Origin: a virus
Virus record (IMG/VR): IMGVR_UViG_3300031231_000003
Span: 60,422-124,421 of that record
Strand: one strand, 5' to 3'
DNA: 64,000 nucleotides
Positions 58,801-64,000 of this stretch are shown here, piece by piece (the first letter of the stretch is position 1; each line of letters opens with the position of its first letter). The translations under genes were made by a program, and so were the position numbers. Under the pieces are notes generated by a model. It ran no database searches. It had not been told where the DNA came from and saw only the letters and a list, made by a program, of their open reading frames with translations.

Positions 58801-60268
58801 GTCCAACTCAATCGGTGCTTTGAGTTCGTCAGTCGTTGCTTCGTTCCTGTCAAGCTCTAACGCTTTAACATTCACGTCTGCATCATTGAGCGTGACCGAT
58901 CGTTTATTGTCACAGTCACTCGTCAACGTTATAATTTCTGCGACAGCAAGTTTCTTATCCGCGTCGAACTCAATTCAATTACTAAGTTCAAGCGTCGTCG
59001 CTTCATTCCTGTCTTCATCGAATGCTTTAACGTTCACATCAGCTTCTTTACGAGATGCAGACAAATTACTTTCACAGTCGTTGACGAACGTCATTGTTTC
59101 TGCGACCGCATCGTTCTTATCTGCTTCGAATTCGATCGGTTCGTTGAGCTCGAGCGTCGTTTTATCGTTCGCATCCTCATCCGTGGCTTTACAAACTACA
59201 TCAGCATCAATAAATGGAACGATCGCCAATCTTCGAGTTCCCAGCTTCGTAACGTTAGGAACGACAATTGAATTAACGAATGAACGTGTTCTCACACAGG
59301 GTGGTGGAATAACTCTCACTGATGCTGGTGCAGGATCGACCGTAACACTGGGTATCAACAACAACACGATTGCCACCGTTTCGGGAAGCACGTTCACTCA
59401 ACTCTCTGGTTCTCTTCAAAAGTTAGCTAACGGCACGTCATATCTGGTCGGTGGCATCGGCGTCAACGTTACAAGTGCATCTAATGGCCAAATAACGTTG
59501 ACAACAACGGGCACTTTGCTTAGAGCGCCTCAATATTGTTTGACAGGCACTTTGAGTATAATTCATCCCGTCGGTACTAGAATCATCTTTGTCAAAGGAG
59601 TCGGCGGCGGCGGTGCGGGAGGGGGCTCGGCCGCTACCGCTTATACGGGCGGCGCTTGCGGCGGGTCCGCAACATACGCAGAAAAAACAATCACGATATC
59701 ATCGTTAACTTCAACGTACGTGATCGGCGCGGCAGGTGCTGGAGTCTCAGGTGCGGATGGTGGCGACGGGGGAAGTAGCTCGTTTACGAATGGTTCCACA
59801 ACCGTCTCCGTACCTGGTGGTAGCGGTGGATCAATATCATCAACTGCAGCGGGTACTTGGGTCACTGCCGCTGGTGGACCCGGCGGCGGCAATGCTACAA
59901 ATGCTGACTTTTCAATCAACGGACAAAGAGGTGGTTCTTACGTTCGTGATTCCCAAGTAACGCCCGCTCGATGGCACACGGATGCCGGAGGAAGTTGTTG
60001 TTTGGGTAACGGTGGGGCAAGTCAAGCAAGAATTGACAACACGTCAGTTGCTGGCGGAGCTGCGACAGGCTTTGGTTCAGGCGGCGGCGGCCGTCTGCAA
60101 GGTAATTCCGCGGTGGCAAACCCCGGCGCCGCGGGAACTGCTGGTGTATGGATGGTTGAAGAGTATTCTGCTAAAATTAAACGTTTACAAGTAGTTGAAT
60201 TTTTATACGGCCCAGATCATGAAAGAAAGAATGTATTTTGTGTACGCAGATCGAACAGATGTAGGTGA
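52883..60268 (+). CDS. Giant Ser/Thr-rich repetitive fibre protein with LamG-like domain and Gly-rich C-terminus
   Basis: 2461 aa; fibre-type N-terminus 'ADFVRETS.TTGT'; many 'SATASFLSASNSI' and 'ERALTAGTGL.LTD.GA..NVTL' repeats; LamG-like region near 57700-58330. Confidence 0.8.
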   Translation: MSFIIADFVRETSLTTGTFAIQLSGLRSPGQTFSSVLANGDTLDYTIAHASLNEFETGLGTYDSGTNSLARSLVYASSNGNSLVNFSPGTKNVDLSYPAERIKQTTNSILNLSASVTASFLSASNSLSFTSSSLSVTDRSIQSQINSVSTSATASFLSASNSITTTSASINNTITNLRTPQFVVLAATGETTNERVLTSGGGVTLADAGAGSTLTLGINNSIVATVSGTTFTQLTGSIQKTASGVSYLAGSPDVFISSASNGQIGVSLNPSFSSSLVNVINSATSSFNTLTSRISSVEVSATASFLSASNSIGGLSSSVVLSFVSSSNALTAASSSFVTTINNLSSTVVSSFLSASNSISATSASLSVTDRLLSQSLVNVIVSTTSSFNTLTSRITSVEVSATASFLSASNSINSLSSSVVLSFVSSSNALTTTSASFATSERLLSQSLVNVINSATSSFNTLTSRIASVEVSATASFLSASNSITATSSSFVTTINNLSSTIVASFVSASNAWIDKASNQTMTGNKSFSGGLSGSVQNLSNGTSYLVAGTNVTIASASSGQVTISAISAGSGDPNASYVVIGLTGSLNAERALTAGTGLLLTDVGVNSNVTLAITSEFSSSLRDVIASATSSLNVLTSRITSVEVSATASFLSASNSIAVTSSSFVTTINNLSSTVVSSFLSSSNATQLTSASFATSERLLSQSLVNVITSATASFNTLTSRISSVEVSATASFLSASNSIGSLSSSVILSFASSSTSLQATSASINGAITNLRVPSFVTLGTSSELSNERVLTQGGGITLTDAGAGSTTTLGINNNLIATVTGSTFAQLSGSLQRLADGTSYLVAGAGMTVSSGSNGQITLTTTLADPGAAYVLIGTTGSLANERALAVGAGLLLVDGGAGGNVTLSITSEFSSSLRDVIVSSTSSLNVLTSRIASVEVSATASFLSASNSIGSLSSSIVLSFVSASNSLQSTSASFATSERLLSQSLVNVIVSTTASFLSASTSITTTSASINSTINALRIPSFIALASSNELTNERTLTQGGGITLTDAGAGSTLTLGINNNVISTISGSTFSQLTGSIQKLADGTSYLVAGSNITISSASNGQIMISSPTSGGAADPGAAYVLIGTTGSLVNERALVAGTGLSLTDTGAGGNVTLAITSEFSSSLRDVIASSTSSFLSASNSITATSSSFVTTISNLSSTVVASFLSSSNALTFTSASFTSTDRLLSQSLVNIIVSTTSSFNTLTSRIASVEVSATASFLSASNSIGSLSSSVILSFASSSNALAATSSSFVTTISNLSSTVVASFLSASNSISTTSASLSVTDRLLSQSLVNVIISTTSSFNTLTSRIASVEVSATASFLSASNSITATSSSFVTTISNLSSSVVTSFVSASNVWVDKASNQTISGNKSFSGGLSGSVQNLSNGTSYIVAGTNITITSASSGQVTISSTATGGGADPGANYVLIGTTGSLANERALTAGSDLNLTDAGAGGNVTIGLNQSFSSSLVNVINSATSSFNALTSRIDSVEVSATASFLSASNSIGALSSSVALSFISASNALTTTSSSFVTSISSSFSDSIFAGLRVSQSTFDATGSVSSIPDSYTTNPATQTNNLRRPTFQYSDNGQPCLRFLTNDTLSWPITPSNSGNQRWGVAFWVKFDDLSGVKALFTTMTTGGASANRLRFYQQTSGLTCEIYATSVAGRFVNAANCLTLGWNFVSFEYDSLQPTEATKAVITVNGSARTTSFGNQGGGAAIGDLISVTGTHVIGDIQNGAPSLPLNGVIGPNLFLFGSKMFQATTGLLTNRARLQLMDYEKPIDLATIQPGLVDLTTTQSITGSKTFLNGLSGSLQQLSGGSSYLVAGTNVTIASASNGQVTISSTATGGSGDSNASYVVIGLTGSLSAERALTAGTGLSLIDGGANSNVTLAITNEFSSSLRDVIATTTSSFNNLTSRIASVEVSATASFLSASNSIGALSSSVVASFLSSSNALTFTSASLSVTDRLLSQSLVNVIISATASFLSASNSIQLLSSSVVASFLSSSNALTFTSASLRDADKLLSQSLTNVIVSATASFLSASNSIGSLSSSVVLSFASSSVALQTTSASINGTIANLRVPSFVTLGTTIELTNERVLTQGGGITLTDAGAGSTVTLGINNNTIATVSGSTFTQLSGSLQKLANGTSYLVGGIGVNVTSASNGQITLTTTGTLLRAPQYCLTGTLSIIHPVGTRIIFVKGVGGGGAGGGSAATAYTGGACGGSATYAEKTITISSLTSTYVIGAAGAGVSGADGGDGGSSSFTNGSTTVSVPGGSGGSISSTAAGTWVTAAGGPGGGNATNADFSINGQRGGSYVRDSQVTPARWHTDAGGSCCLGNGGASQARIDNTSVAGGAATGFGSGGGGRLQGNSAVANPGAAGTAGVWMVEEYSAKIKRLQVVEFLYGPDHERKNVFCVRRSNRCR

Positions 60269-60305
60269 ACCTTTAGAGCCCCCGGCGAAAAGCGATATTT
60301 AACTC

Positions 60306-61541
60306 ATGTCTGCGATCGGTACATTTGCAATTGGTACGAGGGCGATTGCTGATCAGAACGATTCAGAGTCATCGATACAAACGTTTTACGCTGAATCAAT
60401 AAATTCAACAGAACGTTTTAATGAACCACGATTCATTTGTACGGTACTTTTTAATTCACTAAATTCGGATGAGATAGTAAATGACGCTAGCGTGTCATCG
60501 CAATCAAGTGCGATAATTTCAAACGTTGGTAACATTGCTAGCAACGAATCTTTCACATCGTTCAACACGATCGTTACATTACATGTTGACTCAATTCGTT
60601 CCGAGGAAAGATTCAACGAAGCGAACGTTTCAACAACGTACGAAATCATCGTTTCCGATCTAGGAAACATTCAAAGTCAGGAGCGCGTAGATTCAGTTAC
60701 TACGGTCGTTACTTTACGCGTCAATTCAATTTCTACAAATGAAGCCGTCAATGATGCGAATGTTTCCACAATTGCGAAGATCGTAGTTTCGAACGCTGGG
60801 GACATTTCAAGTTCTGAAAATATTCAATCGCCCACAATCAGAACGACATTTCATGCTGGATCCATCGAATCAACTGAAAAATTTGATGAAGCAAACGTCT
60901 CAACACCGCCAGTCATCACAATCCCGGTCGTCGGAGGCGTTGCGAGTCTCGAAGCGTTCGAATCGTTCGCCGTAAAACAAACAATACGATTCACTTCGAT
61001 TGATTCTTTGGAAGAATTTGGTGATCTAAGTACAATTTCTAACGTTGGAGTTCAACTCGAATCGATTCCTGGTTCTGAAAACGTTAATGGATTCGCAGTC
61101 AAAACGATAATACACGAACTTTCGGCTGAAAGCGAAGAACGCTTCGGTGAGATTCAAGCCGTATTTGATTCCACGATTTCGAACGTTGGAATCGAGGGAA
61201 GCGATGAAACCTTCGGTGAATTCAATGCTACGGTCGTCTCGGAAGCCGATGATACGAACGTCATCGACATACAAGCAATGTTGCTACGACGTCGTCGATC
61301 CGGTGGATCATCGTCGAGTCACCAACATGAATCCTCTGAAGAAAAGGATCAAATCATTCGTGCGGCAGCCCAATTGATGGAGGTTAACTTGAAACCTCGC
61401 AATGATGTCTCTGGTAAAACGATCATCAAATTTCCAGCGAATCAGGGTAACGCGATGAAAAAACAAAGGATCATCTTTGAAAGATTGGTCGTTAATAATA
61501 TCGACGTGAAAGTTAATTATGTGAGAAGAAGAAAACAATGA
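60306..61541 (+). CDS. Acidic beta-repeat virion protein
   Basis: Repeated 'SI.S.E.F.EA.V' units. Confidence 0.6.
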   Translation: MSAIGTFAIGTRAIADQNDSESSIQTFYAESINSTERFNEPRFICTVLFNSLNSDEIVNDASVSSQSSAIISNVGNIASNESFTSFNTIVTLHVDSIRSEERFNEANVSTTYEIIVSDLGNIQSQERVDSVTTVVTLRVNSISTNEAVNDANVSTIAKIVVSNAGDISSSENIQSPTIRTTFHAGSIESTEKFDEANVSTPPVITIPVVGGVASLEAFESFAVKQTIRFTSIDSLEEFGDLSTISNVGVQLESIPGSENVNGFAVKTIIHELSAESEERFGEIQAVFDSTISNVGIEGSDETFGEFNATVVSEADDTNVIDIQAMLLRRRRSGGSSSSHQHESSEEKDQIIRAAAQLMEVNLKPRNDVSGKTIIKFPANQGNAMKKQRIIFERLVVNNIDVKVNYVRRRKQ

Positions 61542-61987
61542 ACGAGAACGATGACATTGAACTTGACTTGATGGAAACCAACGAATTGATCTTCAACGTT
61601 AAGGTTGAAGGTTCGAATACGATTCACGAATCAAGGCTACAAATACGACAAAACGACATTTCGTACACGTTCCATGGCACGAGCGTTGCTGGTGACGAGG
61701 GTAACGTATCGTTCATGATTCCCGAAAGCCTGATGAAGGAGGGGACGTACGAATCAAAGGTTGAGGTCATTGTTGGTAACAAGATCCTCGTTCCGTTGAA
61801 GTTCAATTCCGTTTTCAAGCAAGCGTTGAAGTCAAGCACGGAATTGATCGAAGCGAACGTCAACTTGAATGATTCTATCGTCGTCGAAGCGAAGCACGTC
61901 ATCAACAAGAAACACGTATCAGCGAACAAATCATTGAAGGAACGATTCCTGTCAAAGAAGTCTCGCCAGCCAGTGATTAAACGCTGA
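61538..61987 (+). CDS. Hypothetical Ig-like/beta-rich protein
   Basis: 'VSFMIP....EGTYESKVEVIV'. Confidence 0.55.
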   Translation: MNENDDIELDLMETNELIFNVKVEGSNTIHESRLQIRQNDISYTFHGTSVAGDEGNVSFMIPESLMKEGTYESKVEVIVGNKILVPLKFNSVFKQALKSSTELIEANVNLNDSIVVEAKHVINKKHVSANKSLKERFLSKKSRQPVIKR

Positions 61988-62011
61988 ACGTTTTAAAGTT
62001 AGAATTTACAC

Positions 62012-62446
62012 ATGAAAATAGCGAAAAATGAATTGAAGAATCTCATTAAAGAATGTTTGATAGAAATTCTTTGTGACGGGATTGGGGAAAACTTAATTGA
62101 GGCTCGAAAGATGAACTCTCGTCATCGTGAACCCATCCTAGAGGGTCGAATTGACCAGAGAAAGCTAAACAATCCAATCGCTCAGCAACGCACGAACGTT
62201 CTTAATAACGCAATCGCTGAGGCTGCGGGCAAGAACTCCGTGATGAAGGACATCTTTGCTGATACCGCCGAGAGAACGTTACCTTCGATGCTTGAAGGCA
62301 ACAAAAAGGGTTATCAACCGGTAGGAACATCGATCGAAGAAGCCTTGGTTCATGAAACGGAACCCGAAGATTTGTTTGGTAATGAGAACGTTGATCGTTG
62401 GGCAAAACTGGCATTTGAATCGCCAGTGATAAAACGGCCTGGTTAA
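62012..62446 (+). CDS. Leader-bearing head-associated protein
   Basis: 'MKIAKNELKNLIKECLIEIL'. Confidence 0.6.
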   Translation: MKIAKNELKNLIKECLIEILCDGIGENLIEARKMNSRHREPILEGRIDQRKLNNPIAQQRTNVLNNAIAEAAGKNSVMKDIFADTAERTLPSMLEGNKKGYQPVGTSIEEALVHETEPEDLFGNENVDRWAKLAFESPVIKRPG

Positions 62447-62980
62447 TGAAAATGAAAAATAAGCTTCGAGCATTGATTAAGTTGATCATTGAACACAATG
62501 ATCCTTACGTGGCCCTTAAAAGGTCGGGGTAAGATCAAGAAAACATCTAAAATTTTTTATCACGTATCGATGCAGGATCACGGAGAAAAATTCACGCTTG
62601 TACCTCGAATTCCTCGTGATGCAATTGGCATGGAAGAAGAAGACTTTACGACCCCTCGAGTTTGTCTTGCATCAACGACGAAAGACGCTTTCGAAGCGTT
62701 GGGATTCAATGTGAACAAAAGTGGAAAAATTTATACCGACGAATTATCAACGAGTGGACACAATGTCGAACATTTGTGGATCTATAAATGTTCACCCAAT
62801 GTTGTTTTCATTCCTTCGAATGGGGAATATCCCGAGGGTTCATTCAAGGGAAGTAAACAAGAACGAGCTGAAGCCTTGAAAGGTTTTGTACCAGATGCAG
62901 GTGATACGGGCGAAGTATGGGTACTTGAACAAATTGCGGTGACATTAGTAAAAGTTATCGATGTTCCTAGCGGGGCATGA
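62446..62980 (+). CDS. Leader-bearing ADP-ribosyltransferase-like protein with a frameshift near 62518-62529
   Basis: 'MKMKNKLRALIKLIIE' from ATG 62446 joins, after removing one base, 'FYHVS...PRIP...PRVCLASTT...TGEVW' (H/S/E pattern). Confidence 0.5.
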
Positions 62981-63052
62981 AAAATTCATCAACGTTTCTA
63001 GAACACGCATACTTAATTGAAGCGAGCCCGTTAAACAGGAGAAAAACTACAA

Positions 63053-63313
63053 ATGAAATCATTGACCAAAGAAGGCCTAAAACGACTAATTCAGCAAGAA
63101 GCTGCGAAAATGAATGCCCCTGAGGATGTCGAGAAGGTTGCTGCGAAAACGAAAGAAGTTGACGCCGATGAGTATGGAACCGACAAGAGCCTCGAAAAGC
63201 ACATTGACATGGTTTCCGCCCTCAAGATTGAGGAATCTCGTCTACTCCGTCGGCTCAAGACCCTCCGTGAATCGAAAGCACGCATCCTGAAGACGATCAA
63301 GAATCGAAAGTAA
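63053..63313 (+). CDS. Leader-bearing head-associated protein
   Basis: 'MKSLTKEGLKRLIQQE'; AGGAG RBS. Confidence 0.6.
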   Translation: MKSLTKEGLKRLIQQEAAKMNAPEDVEKVAAKTKEVDADEYGTDKSLEKHIDMVSALKIEESRLLRRLKTLRESKARILKTIKNRK

Positions 63314-63320
63314 TCTCCTA

Positions 63321-63704
63321 ATGAAGATTTCACTGAAACAACTCAAGCAAATCATCAAAGAAGAGATTTCAAGATCACGTAAGGTCTTGAAAGAAAGCAC
63401 GGGCGAAGCGGGAGCTGAGCTCGTTGATGAACAGAATTGCTGGCATCTCGAAGTTGGTAACGAGTACAAGATAGATGGTTCTATTTCAACGTTCGTCGGT
63501 TGGTTCGATGATACGGGTTCTGAACTACCTGATGATGTGAATGATGATCCGACTCATGTGCTTTTAAAGTTTCAAGATGTTGATGGATTCGAATGGGAAG
63601 CTTACTGGAATGAAGGAAATTTCTGTGTAGGCTCTTCTGCCGATCCTTTGAGGGTTGCAGAGGCTGAGTCAGAATCGCATGTTTACGACGAAGAAAATTT
63701 GTAA
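63321..63704 (+). CDS. Leader-bearing acidic protein
   Basis: 'MKISLKQLKQIIKEEI...VLKES'. Confidence 0.6.
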   Translation: MKISLKQLKQIIKEEISRSRKVLKESTGEAGAELVDEQNCWHLEVGNEYKIDGSISTFVGWFDDTGSELPDDVNDDPTHVLLKFQDVDGFEWEAYWNEGNFCVGSSADPLRVAEAESESHVYDEENL

Positions 63705-63706
63705 AA

Positions 63707-63864
63707 TGATGAAAGAAGTTTCACGAAAAAGCGTTGAAAATGGAAATCATTCATTTCAAGGTGGCGAAGTTCAAAGACGATATTGGGCTAATTGGAGATT
63801 AAAGAACAACAAAAATCCTTATCCCGATGATTGGAAATATTTATCTACGAAAGAAGGTCAGTGA
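63707..63864 (+). pseudogene. Remnant C-terminus of an HNH homing endonuclease
   Basis: 'QRRYWANWRLKNNKNPYPDDWKYL' versus 'LKRYWAKWRVDNNRKPRIGDEKYL' in 34578..35162. Confidence 0.45.
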
Positions 63865-64000
63865 TGTCAGGTCAAGGAAAATATTCCGTGTACGTTCCGG
63901 TTGCAAGCGTGAAGAATTCACGGCTTGCTAAGTTGTTTCGGGGCAACGATACTATCGATTCTCCGTTTGCTGCGGCCATGGCAAGCGGCGATCAGGAACA
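63864..64000 (+). CDS. Hypothetical protein, 3'-truncated by the window edge
   Basis: ATG 63864 'MSGQGKYSVYVPVAS...' open to the end. Confidence 0.5.
   Translation, partial: MSGQGKYSVYVPVASVKNSRLAKLFRGNDTIDSPFAAAMASGDQE

Noticed and set aside
53300-59400. Possible CRISPR array or DGR template/variable repeats
   Set aside because: Repeats are in-frame peptide repeats with synonymous divergence; no repeat-spacer pattern, no adenine-specific variation noticed, and no cas or reverse transcriptase gene in the window.
53305-59919. Many minus-strand ORFs inside the giant fibre gene
   Set aside because: Antisense shadows of repetitive Ser/Thr codons, fully overlapped by a coherent plus-strand gene.
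1-64000. Alternative genetic code (stop-codon reassignment)
   Set aside because: Core genes are full length in the standard code and end in TAA, TGA and TAG; broken genes are explained by homopolymer indels.

Overview
A 64-kb piece of a large T4-like (myovirus/jumbo) phage genome in the standard genetic code. It encodes head morphogenesis (terminase large subunit, portal with an intein, gp21-type prohead protease, gp4-like head completion nuclease), an isolated gp19-type tail tube, several Ser/Thr-rich baseplate or fibre proteins including a 2461-aa repetitive fibre, DNA primase, a split SbcD/SbcC (Mre11/Rad50, gp47/gp46) nuclease, RuvC, about nine free-standing endonuclease genes and one tRNA-Gly(UCC). 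The most notable observations are: (1) the Mre11 nuclease domain is fractured without an intein, with an acidic tail on one half, a basic head on the other, a small passenger ORF between them and an in-frame 9-bp direct repeat; (2) about 12 unrelated proteins, including two kinase-like proteins and an ADP-ribosyltransferase-like protein, share an N-terminal 'MKI..QL+.II+EE' leader that may target them to the capsid; (3) about 14 small 'xLxPGD' ORFs are scattered as translationally coupled passengers; (4) the portal intein starts with Pro and lacks the class-3 WCT signature; (5) TANNTA hexamers sit 4-8 nt before many start codons, suggesting leaderless transcripts. At least five genes carry single-base frameshifts in homopolymer runs, most likely sequencing errors. 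All assignments come from motifs read by eye; no database search was run.
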